Shown: positions 54,455 through 63,358 of the stretch, piece after piece
Layout of the letters: each line of letters starts with the position of its first letter
Position numbering within the stretch: position 1 is the first letter of the stretch
From: a virus
Taxonomy: Duplodnaviria; Caudoviricetes
DNA: 64,000 nt
Direction: 5' to 3' (one strand)
IMG/VR virus record: IMGVR_UViG_2884411467_000001
Span: 1 to 64,000 of that record
Notes under the pieces: generated by a model
What the model was told of the DNA's origin: nothing
Seen by the model: only the letters and a program-made list of their open reading frames with translations
Database searches by the model: none
Made by a program: the position numbers and the translations under genes

Positions 54455-54646
54455 ATGAACAGGCAGTTCCTTAGTCCAAGGCAGTTGAGCGAGCGGTACG
54501 GAGAGGACTCGCCCTCTGAGCGGACACTGATGCGATGGAGGTCGGAGGGAATCGGGCCGAAGTTCGTAAAGCTGGGGCTAAAAGTCGTCTACCCACTAGA
54601 CCAGTTGCTGGAGTGGGAAAACAACGGCGGCGATAGCTGCCACTAA
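54455..54646 (+). CDS. AlpA/excisionase-like HTH protein
   Basis: LSPRQLSERY...SERTL.RWR..G.GP.F.KLG.KVVY motif. Confidence 0.75.
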   Translation: MNRQFLSPRQLSERYGEDSPSERTLMRWRSEGIGPKFVKLGLKVVYPLDQLLEWENNGGDSCH

Positions 54647-54715
54647 TCCACCTCGCCAGCCTGCCGCTCACCCGGTAGGCTGGCACCCTTTTGACGTCGT
54701 GGACAGGGGCACGAG

Positions 54716-55804
54716 ATGACGGACAACATTGAGACACAGCCAGCGATTCGAGGGCCACTTAGGGTGCTGGGCATCATCGTGGTGGCGACATTCTTGCTCG
54801 CGGCTGGCGCCGCCATGTTTGCGTCGGACGATAACAAGCAACAGCAGGCCGCCCAGCCGACCAACAGCGAGCCCGTCACCCATGCAGCGCCGTTCACCGT
54901 GCGCCGCGTTGTGTTGACCGGCGCTGTCTCCGGCAGCCCAATGATCGAGGTCAGCGTGACGGAAACCACGGGCACTGAAGCTAACCGTGCCGCCACAGTT
55001 AAGGCGATCGCAGAGCGCGTCATGAAGGCGACCCCGCAGGCTGATAGCGTTTTCGTGCGACTGATTCGCTCAGATCTGCCGGCCGGCGGCGATGAGGTGC
55101 TGCACGGCCGGATCGCGCACGCCGACTACACCCCTGGCGGCAAGAATGCGGCGCAGCCGTGGACGGTGGCGCACTCGACAGACACCCAAATCGTCTCCAT
55201 GCACGACTTCGCCATTGGCGACGCGTTCGGTGATCTACAGGAAAAGATGGAACAGGCCGCCGGCCAGAATGCCGACGTCGATGTAGTCGACGAGCAGGTG
55301 CGCCAGGCGATCATTCGCAAGTACAAGCTGCCGGCGACCTGGAAACAGCAGGATGTGCCGCTCGCCAACCCCGACACGAGCGACGGCTCCGGTCCGGCCA
55401 ATATCGACGCATCAGCAGCAGAGGCCAGCCTCAAGGTGATCGATGCGTGCGTAAAGAACGGTGGCTGCGATGGCGCCCAAGCCAAGACCTTCGCCGGCAT
55501 CTCCGCCGCTGGTGGTGAACCACTGGTGGCCGGCTCGCCGATGCAGGCATCAGCGCAAACGGTCGGTTGCCCCAACATCCACTCGCTGGACATCGCCATG
55601 AAGGCGATCAGGTCGAACGATGGGGACTCGGCGATGCAGGCGCTCGCCAGCGAAGTGCAGTCCGGCACGTGCTCGCTCATCCCGGCGGGCGCACGCGTCA
55701 AGTTCCAACACTTCGGTGGACGCAATGACGACCTGGCGCAGATCCGTCTTGCGGATGGAACCGTTGTGTGGACGCTCGGCGCCGTGCTGGTTGGGTCTAA
55801 CTAG
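54716..55804 (+). CDS. Membrane-anchored periplasmic hypothetical protein
   Basis: N-terminal TM (VLGIIVVATFLLAAGAAMFA); two Cys pairs; SH3-like C-terminus. Confidence 0.65.
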   Translation: MTDNIETQPAIRGPLRVLGIIVVATFLLAAGAAMFASDDNKQQQAAQPTNSEPVTHAAPFTVRRVVLTGAVSGSPMIEVSVTETTGTEANRAATVKAIAERVMKATPQADSVFVRLIRSDLPAGGDEVLHGRIAHADYTPGGKNAAQPWTVAHSTDTQIVSMHDFAIGDAFGDLQEKMEQAAGQNADVDVVDEQVRQAIIRKYKLPATWKQQDVPLANPDTSDGSGPANIDASAAEASLKVIDACVKNGGCDGAQAKTFAGISAAGGEPLVAGSPMQASAQTVGCPNIHSLDIAMKAIRSNDGDSAMQALASEVQSGTCSLIPAGARVKFQHFGGRNDDLAQIRLADGTVVWTLGAVLVGSN

Positions 55805-55875
55805 CCTGCACACCAGTACCACTGTGACGAACAAGGCCTGCGCAATGCGGGCCTTCCAGTCTCGATAGACATCGG

Positions 55876-56130
55876 CTAGTCGCTTAGACCAGGTGGTTTC
55901 GTATGGACACTGATGTGGCCCATGCCTTGGAGAAAGTTCTTGTAGCTAGCGATCGCCACGTTCCAGGCCTCCTCTGCCACGGCTTCGCCGGCCTCGATCA
56001 CATTCCCGTGCTCGTCGATGATCGCGATCCGTGCCGGGAGCCCGTCGCGCGTCGTTACGATCAATCCCTCATGGGCGACCGCGCTGATGATGGAATTTTG
56101 TAAAGTACCGACTTCAATGGGGCCGATCAT
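55876..56130 (-). CDS. Hypothetical protein
   Basis: GGAG RBS before MIGPIEV. Confidence 0.55.
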   Translation of the reverse strand: MIGPIEVGTLQNSIISAVAHEGLIVTTRDGLPARIAIIDEHGNVIEAGEAVAEEAWNVAIASYKNFLQGMGHISVHTKPPGLSD

Positions 56131-56186
56131 GGCTCTCCTCTTCGACAGATCGATCAACCAAGCCTAGTTTCAAAGGTGTGATCATC

Positions 56187-56384
56187 ATGACTGACAAACT
56201 CATTCCCTTCGACATTGTCGACTACCTGGACAGCGAGGAGGCGATTGCTGAGTACCTCTCTCAGGTCCAGGCCGAAGGCGACCCCGACGAGCTTCAACGT
56301 GCCTTGATCTATGTCGCCAAAGCTAGAGAGATTTTAAGAGCGAAGTCCGAGCGGTCGTCGCTCGACATCAAACCAGCTGAGTAA
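56187..56384 (+). pseudogene. N-terminal half of an HI1420-like antidote
   Basis: PFDIVDYLDSEEAIAEYL.....EGDP..L..AL..VAKAR; HTH half missing. Confidence 0.65.
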
Positions 56385-56489
56385 GAGCGCCGCGACTACG
56401 GCACCAACCGAATCGGGATTACCAGCCCAGCCCATAGTGGGCTTTCTGCTGTCTCGCTCGGTGAGATTGCAGCGACATACCCTCTGCTC

Positions 56490-56705
56490 ATGACCGACAG
56501 AGCCCGCCTTCACCAGAAGTTGAACGCCATAGAGGCAGAACTGCCCGCCCTTATCCGGGAGCACACTGATCCAGCCGAACTCTGGCCTGCGTTCGCCGGC
56601 ATCGCGGACGAGGTTCTCGACGCCGCCGGCCCCGACTTGTACGAGTGGGTCGCCGATAAAATCGACGGTATGCTGAGCTTCCACGGACTAACAGCCCGCC
56701 ACTGA
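56490..56705 (+). CDS. Small protein preceding SRAP
   Basis: Homologous to the 1950-2111 remnant. Confidence 0.65.
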   Translation: MTDRARLHQKLNAIEAELPALIREHTDPAELWPAFAGIADEVLDAAGPDLYEWVADKIDGMLSFHGLTARH

Positions 56706-56715
56706 GCAGTGGGCC

Positions 56716-57702
56716 ATGTGCTACTCGGCCGAAGTAATGGAGGATTTCCGCCTCTATGAGCGGATGGGCGGCACGCTCGACGTGCATGCGTTCGCGCAGA
56801 TGATGGAAGCGCGCCGATCAACGGGTGACCTGTTCAAGACGGTGCCACGCGCCATGCGCGAGCCGTTCGAGCGCCCGCGCAATGAGGGCGAGAAAGGCGT
56901 TCGGGAAAAGATGCTGGAGGCGTACCGCGCCGCGACGCTGGTGATCGAGGAGGAGATCGCCACGCAGACCGAGCGCCTGGTCAAGGCGGAGGCGGTGCTC
57001 GCCTCACCAAAGCCGACCAAGAAAGCCGAGAACGACAAGCGTGTGGCGACGAACAAGATCGCCGCCGCTCGTGAGCGACTGGAGGAGGTTCAGTCCGAGG
57101 CGAAGTCCGATGGCTATGGCCGCATGTGGCCCGGCCAGTTCGCGCCGGTGCTGATCCGCGACCCCGCCACCGGCGCGCGCATGATCGTGCCGGCGCGATA
57201 CCGCTGCCGCCTGCCTGGCTGGACCAAGGCCGATGAGCTGGAGAAGCCGGGCACCTACAACGCGCGCAAGGACAAGCTATCCACGGTCTGGAAAAAGCTA
57301 TTCGGCTACAACCACGGCGTGATCGTCGCGCGCAGGTTTTACGAGAGCGTTTCGCTCCATCGGCTGCAGCAGCGCGAGCTGGTGCCGGGTGAGCGCGACA
57401 TCCCGGTGGAGATCCGCTTCACGCCGGAGCCGCAGCAGGAGATGTTCCTGGCGTGCTTGTGGCGCTATGTCGAGGCGACCGACACTGAGGAAGGTTTCTA
57501 CAGCTTCGCCGCCATAACGCGCGACCCGCCGCCCGAGGTTGCAGCCGCAGGGCACGACCGCTGCGTGATCGCGCTCAGGCCGGAGAACATCGACGCATGG
57601 CTGGAGCCCGATCCTGGCCACCTATCGGAAATGCTTGCGATCCTGGACGATCCGATCGACGCGTTTTACCAACATGAGCTACCCGAGAGGGCACAGAGGT
57701 GA
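56716..57702 (+). CDS. Second SRAP-family protein
   Basis: MCYSA start; YNARKDKL and AAITRDPPPEVAAAGHDRC motifs. Confidence 0.85.
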   Translation: MCYSAEVMEDFRLYERMGGTLDVHAFAQMMEARRSTGDLFKTVPRAMREPFERPRNEGEKGVREKMLEAYRAATLVIEEEIATQTERLVKAEAVLASPKPTKKAENDKRVATNKIAAARERLEEVQSEAKSDGYGRMWPGQFAPVLIRDPATGARMIVPARYRCRLPGWTKADELEKPGTYNARKDKLSTVWKKLFGYNHGVIVARRFYESVSLHRLQQRELVPGERDIPVEIRFTPEPQQEMFLACLWRYVEATDTEEGFYSFAAITRDPPPEVAAAGHDRCVIALRPENIDAWLEPDPGHLSEMLAILDDPIDAFYQHELPERAQR

Positions 57703-57751
57703 CGCGGCACCCGCGCATCACGCGCTGAACGGAGCGCCGCATCCATCCAGC

Positions 57752-59173
57752 TCAATCGGCGGCCAGTGGTTCGGCTGGGGGCGCATCGTCTTTAGCGGCT
57801 TGGACCTGGCGCCAGGCAGGTTTCTTACCGGCCTCCTTAACCTGCACGATTTGACCGGTGTCTCGGAGTCGATAGAACACGGACTTCATAGTGTTTTCAG
57901 AGGATATGCCGGTGATGTCGCGTCCAATGCTGTTCGTGATGAGGTCGTTCTTCGAGAGGTAGTCCATGACCAGCTGTTCGGGCGAGCCCAAAGATTCATG
58001 ACGTAGAGTCACCGTTACAGATGTATCTGTCTCGACGATTATCGGCTTTTTCAAGAGCAGCTTATTCATTGCGTCGAAAGCAGTATTTAAACCTTCGCCG
58101 ACATCCTTATTGGGTGGATTTTCGAATTTATTAATCAATCGCACTAGCTTCGGGTTGCGGGCGAACTGCGTTTGAATAATGTTGCCCAGGGTGACGTGCC
58201 CCGGAAGTCGCCCGGGGCTTTCGATTTCGACCCGATTGTCGAAGATTCGCACCTGCACGTCGGCAGCGACGTTATAGTCCCTATGCAAGACAGCGTTCGT
58301 GAGGATCTCATGCAAGGCCTCATGAGGATATTGGATCCGCTCCATCCCGTTAGGGCCCAGCTTCTCAATGCCTTCGATGATCTCTTTGACCTTTTCAACG
58401 CAATCGTAGATCAGACTGTAAATCGGACCCTCAATAGTGATCGGATCGAATGCTAGGAAATCTCGCTCGGCGTCAGTCTTGGTTTGATATCGAAGCACCT
58501 TGACCGCGCTTCGTTTGGCGAGCGTAGCTTGCGGCAGATCGGAGAACAGCAGAATGCCAGCCACCGTTGCACGATTATCGATAATGACCTGTTGCTTTTT
58601 TAGCCATTCATCTGGCTCGCCGGTGGGAACGATACTGAGCATGAAATCGATCACGGTGGTCGAATTGGTAATGTCGGCCGTATCGATGTTCAGCAATTCG
58701 TCCTCGTACGACTTGACTCCTTTGTCGTAGCGCAGGCGCTCCAAACCGCCTTCTGAGACCGGCAGGCTCTGTGCACTTCGCCGAATGAAAGCCTTCTTTT
58801 CAGTTGAAAAGACGATTTCCCTGCTCTTGAATATAGTCAGATGCAAGACTAGGCCGGTGAGACCATCGGCTGTCAAGAATTCAGCGCGCACTATGCCCGC
58901 GAGAGCACCATTTTCCGCTATGACTTGGAATATCGGGTTGGCAGCCTCTTGGTCGACAAAGCCATCCCAAATGCGGCGCTTGCCGTCCAGGGTGTCCTCT
59001 TCCTGGATGCCCACATAGATCTCGCCGCCACTGGTATTGGCGAACGCGGAAATCGTTCGGCTGAGCTTGGCCGGCGCGATTGCTGCGGCTTTGAGATCCA
59101 CAAAATGAGACTCCTGGATGCTCAGGAGCATCTCAATCTCAGCCCCGCTTACCTGCTTTACTTCGACTTCCAT
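57752..59173 (-). CDS. Schlafen/AlbA_2 + HATPase_c_4 + wHTH protein
   Basis: ES.FVDLK...ISAFANTSGG.IYVGI; YP.EAL.E.L.NAV.HRDY...ESPG.L...ARNPKL...GEG. Confidence 0.8.
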   Translation of the reverse strand: MEVEVKQVSGAEIEMLLSIQESHFVDLKAAAIAPAKLSRTISAFANTSGGEIYVGIQEEDTLDGKRRIWDGFVDQEAANPIFQVIAENGALAGIVRAEFLTADGLTGLVLHLTIFKSREIVFSTEKKAFIRRSAQSLPVSEGGLERLRYDKGVKSYEDELLNIDTADITNSTTVIDFMLSIVPTGEPDEWLKKQQVIIDNRATVAGILLFSDLPQATLAKRSAVKVLRYQTKTDAERDFLAFDPITIEGPIYSLIYDCVEKVKEIIEGIEKLGPNGMERIQYPHEALHEILTNAVLHRDYNVAADVQVRIFDNRVEIESPGRLPGHVTLGNIIQTQFARNPKLVRLINKFENPPNKDVGEGLNTAFDAMNKLLLKKPIIVETDTSVTVTLRHESLGSPEQLVMDYLSKNDLITNSIGRDITGISSENTMKSVFYRLRDTGQIVQVKEAGKKPAWRQVQAAKDDAPPAEPLAAD

Positions 59174-59386
59174 GTGGCCTCGCTATTGGTTCATTCGTGG
59201 GTCCAAGGGACACCGGTGAGCTTTTGAGCTTTCTTGCGCGCAGGGCTGATCTTAGCTGAGTACCAAGGCGCGACTCCTCGGCGCGCGCCCTGATCGTTTC
59301 GAGTGAGTTGGCGTCCATACCGTGCCCTGGTCGAGTGGTAGCCCATCGTATCCGCCGATGAGACCGCCTGGGCGTAGCGTGGCGGC

Positions 59387-59698
59387 ATGCCTGCCGAACC
59401 TGTCACCGTTGAGTGGTCGCCCGTCACCATCACCGGCATGACGTTCGACCCGCCGCGCTTTGCCGCCTACCTGGTCGAGCCGTTCCACAGCGCCACGTTC
59501 GCCACGCTGAGCTACAAGCCCCAGGCGGGCGTGTGGGCGCTTCGCATGCTTCCCGGAGGTAGTGACGGCCCATGCGCTTTCGTGGACTTCCTGACGCGGG
59601 AGAAAGCCGAGCGGCACGCAATGCGATGGGCGGCGCACCACGGCCGCAAGCTGCCAGAGTTCGCCAATGGGCTGAGACACAAGCCGGCGGTGCGGTGA
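59387..59698 (+). CDS. Hypothetical protein
   Basis: Clean ORF followed by a hairpin at about 59735-59755. Confidence 0.45.
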   Translation: MPAEPVTVEWSPVTITGMTFDPPRFAAYLVEPFHSATFATLSYKPQAGVWALRMLPGGSDGPCAFVDFLTREKAERHAMRWAAHHGRKLPEFANGLRHKPAVR

Positions 59699-59774
59699 CG
59701 CCGTAGTTAACGTGCACCACCAGAACGAACAAGGCCCGCATTGCGGGCCTCGTGGTCTGAGTTGATGGTGTTTC

Positions 59775-60431
59775 TCAGGTCTCGACCTTGAACACCTCGG
59801 CGCCGCGTGGTGCCTTGTCCAGGTAGCTTACGTCCGCCGGTGAGGGTGATGCGTCGCGCGCCGAGTCACGAATCCGCATGATCGTCTGCCGGCTGGTGCC
59901 GAACCTCTTGGACAGTGACGACACCGATTCACCTGCAGCCAGTAGAGACGCAACGTCGCGCTGCCTGTCAGCCGTCAGCGCGGCCGGTCGACCGAACCTC
60001 TTGCCCTGCTCACGCGCGCGCCTGATGCCGGCGTGTGTGCGTTCTTTGAGGAGATCCAGCTCGAACTCGGCGACGGCCGCGATCACAGACATGGTGAGCT
60101 TGCCCGCCGGGCTGGTGAGGTCAGCGCCGCCAAGTGCCATGCAGTGCACCCTGATGCCGAAGCCTGCGAGCATGTCGACGGTGGCGCGCACGTCGACGGC
60201 GTTTCGTCCGAGACGATCGAGCTTAGTCACCACCAAAACATCGCCCTCCTCCATGCGCTTCACCAGATCGCGGAAGGCTGGCCGCTCCATCGCAGGCACT
60301 GACCCGCTGATGCTTTCCATGACGATCCGGCGCGGGTCGACCTGGAAAGGCAGGCCATCGATCTCCAGACGCTGGTTTTCGGTGGTCTGCTCGGTGGTCG
60401 ATACGCGGCAGTAGGCAAATGTGCGGCTCAT
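59775..60431 (-). CDS. Small serine recombinase (resolvase/invertase)
   Basis: FAYCRVST.EQ...NQ, SGS....RP, LVVTKLDRLGR, ERT.AGI and C-terminal HTH. Confidence 0.9.
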   Translation of the reverse strand: MSRTFAYCRVSTTEQTTENQRLEIDGLPFQVDPRRIVMESISGSVPAMERPAFRDLVKRMEEGDVLVVTKLDRLGRNAVDVRATVDMLAGFGIRVHCMALGGADLTSPAGKLTMSVIAAVAEFELDLLKERTHAGIRRAREQGKRFGRPAALTADRQRDVASLLAAGESVSSLSKRFGTSRQTIMRIRDSARDASPSPADVSYLDKAPRGAEVFKVET

Positions 60432-60442
60432 CGGTGACGCCA

Positions 60443-60546
60443 TGTCCAAAAGTGTGCCGGAATATTAGGACATGTCCGATATGCGCACAACGATCACTTT
60501 CGTACATCGATCGTGACCATCGTCCGCATGGGGTCGGTTTTGGACA
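60443..60546. promoter_or_regulatory. Putative res site upstream of the recombinase
   Basis: Inverted TGTCCAAAA (60443) / TTTTGGACA (60538) and palindrome GGACATGTCC (60468-60477). Confidence 0.55.
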
Positions 60547-60800
60547 GCGGAGGCGAGCAGAAGTCATTGACGCCAGAATCGCATCGTGATTTCCGCACAC
60601 ACCCGCGCCATTACGCGCGCCATAAATTGCCTAAGCAGGTTCCCGTCCGGTGAATAACGGTTCCGGGAACCCGCAACGCCTCGCTGATGCTGGCAATGGG
60701 TGTCGATGGGCTGTTACCGCCATACTCTTGTAAGGTCCGCTGTCGCCCCGAAGCGGGCATCCAACGCATCAATGCCGCATCCGGTAGTTAGCCAGACTAA

Positions 60801-61205
60801 CTAACCGCTGGAGGCGCGGAGCTTCGCTATCTGGGTCTCAAGGTCCGCGATCATGAATGGCTTGCTAAGTTTTGCCGTGTCCGGGGGCAAGTGAGCCAGC
60901 GATCCGCTGTCATGACCGGTGACAACGACCATCATCATTTCCGGACGAAGCTGTCTAACTGCGGCGGGCAGTGCAGCTCCGCCCATTGCTCCAGGCATGC
61001 GGACGTCGGTGAGTATCAGGTCAAAGCGTTGATCAGACGACAAGACATTTAGCGCCGCCTCCGCACCGTTAACGGCGAAAGTTGCGAAACCGAGATACTC
61101 CAACATGTCGCAGAAGGCTGTCATTACCTCTTCGTCATCATAGACAACCAACGCTGTAAGTCGCTGTCCAGGCGACCCACCAACTACATCCCCCGGCGTG
61201 TTCAT
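60801..61205 (-). CDS. Single-domain response regulator (receiver)
   Basis: LVVYDD, LILTDVRMPG and KPF motifs; start revised. Confidence 0.85.
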   Translation of the reverse strand: MNTPGDVVGGSPGQRLTALVVYDDEEVMTAFCDMLEYLGFATFAVNGAEAALNVLSSDQRFDLILTDVRMPGAMGGAALPAAVRQLRPEMMMVVVTGHDSGSLAHLPPDTAKLSKPFMIADLETQIAKLRASSG

Positions 61206-61489
61206 TTGCGGACCTCGAAGATCGTTACTACACCCTAGACACCGTTCGTCAGCGCGTAGATAAATTCCCACAGGCATGAAGCCGAAACAGGCACCAGCTA
61301 TCAACTTAGGCACTCAATTTCACGACCAGAACCGTGAGCTGGTGATGAAAAATCATACGGCATTAGTGCCTAAGATGAAGCTTGGTTTAGCTCTGATTTC
61401 TAAATCAATTCATCCTGGCATCGGCACGCACGACTTGGCGTCAAGCGATGTGCTGATGGGTCTTGGCCCTGACGCCGCCAACTTGGCGC

Positions 61490-61786
61490 TCAGGCGGACA
61501 GCTCGTCGAGCTTCGCGCCGATCTTTTCCGGCAGGTGCCCTTGCCTTTCCAGAATGCGCTCGATGCCCTTCACGTCGGCCGCATCGATCCTCCCACGACG
61601 CAGCGCGATGCTGGCCTGCAGCTCTCGGTGAGTGCGCTCCTGCTCAATCGTGCGGGTGCCGGCCTTGCTGGCGCCGCCGTCTTTGAGTGCGCTGGCGCGC
61701 GATACCTCACTGGCGAGCTGGTCAAAGGCTCCTGGCGCCTTGCGCGTGATGATGGCCCCGCGCGTCTTGTGTTGTGTTGCTTTCAT
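61490..61786 (-). CDS. Hypothetical protein
   Basis: AAGGA RBS before MKATQH. Confidence 0.45.
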   Translation of the reverse strand: MKATQHKTRGAIITRKAPGAFDQLASEVSRASALKDGGASKAGTRTIEQERTHRELQASIALRRGRIDAADVKGIERILERQGHLPEKIGAKLDELSA

Positions 61787-61857
61787 CTGATAGTCCTTTA
61801 CGGTTTTCGTTTTTGAGTAGATGGGCCGGACCTCCCGACCCATCCCCTGCCCGCGCG

Positions 61858-63357
61858 TCAGCTCAGCGCGGGCGTCGTCATCTGCTCAGCCAGGTACGGG
61901 CTGTCCACTCCGCCGCCGCGCGTGACGCGCTCGATGAAGCCGGTGCCGCGCTCAAGAGTGAGCGTCGAAAAGACACCCTGGAAAGGCATGAAATCGTTCT
62001 CGACTTTGACGACGTAGTAAGTCGCCACGAACGTGCCGCGATGCAGGCGGACATACATGCCAGCTCGGATGTTCTCGTTACCGCGCACGCGCATGGAGCC
62101 CTGCTCGTACAGGACGTTGTCCTGGTTCATCTGGAGCATGATCTTTCGGCGATTGTTGACCCAGCCAACAATGTCGGTGTCACGCGCGTTCATTGCCGTT
62201 GCCAGATAGCCGCTGCTGTTTGAGATCACCTGGTCGCCGCTCATCTGGGTGTCCGACTGCATCGGGCGAATGCCATAGAGCGACACCAGGTTGTTCGGGT
62301 ACGTCGTCTGCAGGACGGTTTCCTTGTCGGCGCCTTCCATTGCCCAGAGCCTACGATTCGACTCGCCGTTGATGTCGCTTTGCGGCGCGTTGCTCCAGAA
62401 ATAATTTGCGACGTTGGCCTCCGAACGCGACACGTTGAGGCTGATCACGTCAACGTCGCTGATGTCGACATACTGCGGCGACGGCGCATCCGGCTGGATC
62501 AGGTCGCCATTGATGTCCATCGCTGGGATCGGCCGGAAAACGCAGTGCACGCCGTCTTCCTCATCCTCGATAAACAGCTCGTTCCAGGTGCCGACGTCGC
62601 AAGAGGCCTTGAGGATGCCGTAGATGGTGGACTCGAAATTCTGCGTGTTCGTGAAGTTGGTTGTGCCGTGAGCGATGTAGAGGTACTGCCCTGCCTCGAT
62701 CGTGGCGGGCACTGGCGAGTCGGGCGGCGCAAAGGCCGTGATGAACGGATTGACGATCAAGTCAAAGATCTGCTGCACGAACTGCGCCGCCGGCAGCATG
62801 CTCAATGCACCGCCGTAGCGCTCGAACAGCTTGAAATTGGTCAGGAGTGACTCGCCCACTGTGAACTGCGGGTTGTACATGACCTGCATCATCTGCCAGA
62901 TCTTGCCGTAGTCCTGGCCGGTCACCGTCACGGAGCGCTGCGCCTGCCCGTTCGTGCCCATCGCCTCGGATCGGCTCACGTCCGAGACAAAGCCGCGCAT
63001 GATGATCGGAGGCTGCTGGCCGGCGGCCGTGGCCGGGTTGTGCCGGAAGCGGATCTCGATGTAATCCATCGGCTCGATGAGGCCATAGAGCGACTCGAAC
63101 GTCTGCTGTCCCGCGTACTCGCCGATGTAGGGGATGTCCGCGAACGTAAGCGCGAAACCGCCGGCCGGGTCGCGCACGGATTTCGACGTGCGCACGGAGC
63201 CTGACTCACCGAAAAATGGGGTGAGGTCGTAGGATCGCTGCGCACCCTGGTACCGCTGCGACGTCGGGTTGCTGCCGTCCAGCGTCGTGCGGGAGATGGT
63301 CTTGTAGAGCGTGACCTTGAGGTTCGGGTCGTAGATGTTGATGTTGGGGGATGTCAT
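61858..63357 (-). CDS. Putative baseplate hub / tail protein of a second phage
   Basis: Hub-like layout (IIMRGFVSDVSRSE...VTVTGQDYGKIW; GSMRVRGN..IRAG.YV); downstream of a TMP-like gene. Confidence 0.55.
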   Translation of the reverse strand: MTSPNINIYDPNLKVTLYKTISRTTLDGSNPTSQRYQGAQRSYDLTPFFGESGSVRTSKSVRDPAGGFALTFADIPYIGEYAGQQTFESLYGLIEPMDYIEIRFRHNPATAAGQQPPIIMRGFVSDVSRSEAMGTNGQAQRSVTVTGQDYGKIWQMMQVMYNPQFTVGESLLTNFKLFERYGGALSMLPAAQFVQQIFDLIVNPFITAFAPPDSPVPATIEAGQYLYIAHGTTNFTNTQNFESTIYGILKASCDVGTWNELFIEDEEDGVHCVFRPIPAMDINGDLIQPDAPSPQYVDISDVDVISLNVSRSEANVANYFWSNAPQSDINGESNRRLWAMEGADKETVLQTTYPNNLVSLYGIRPMQSDTQMSGDQVISNSSGYLATAMNARDTDIVGWVNNRRKIMLQMNQDNVLYEQGSMRVRGNENIRAGMYVRLHRGTFVATYYVVKVENDFMPFQGVFSTLTLERGTGFIERVTRGGGVDSPYLAEQMTTPALS

Positions 63358-63358
63358 T

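Larger units (their letters stand above)
48253..61800. mobile_element. tmRNA-adjacent mosaic island (P4-type integrase, defence-like and decayed cargo); right boundary undefined
   Basis: Integrase directly downstream of the tmRNA 3' end; no second att copy found in the window. Confidence 0.55.

Noticed and set aside
55827-59755. Similar hairpins ACGAACAAGGCC..GC..TGCGGGCCT at about 55827 and 59730 as element ends
   Set aside because: Best explained as related intrinsic terminators between convergent genes; no target duplication or transposase.
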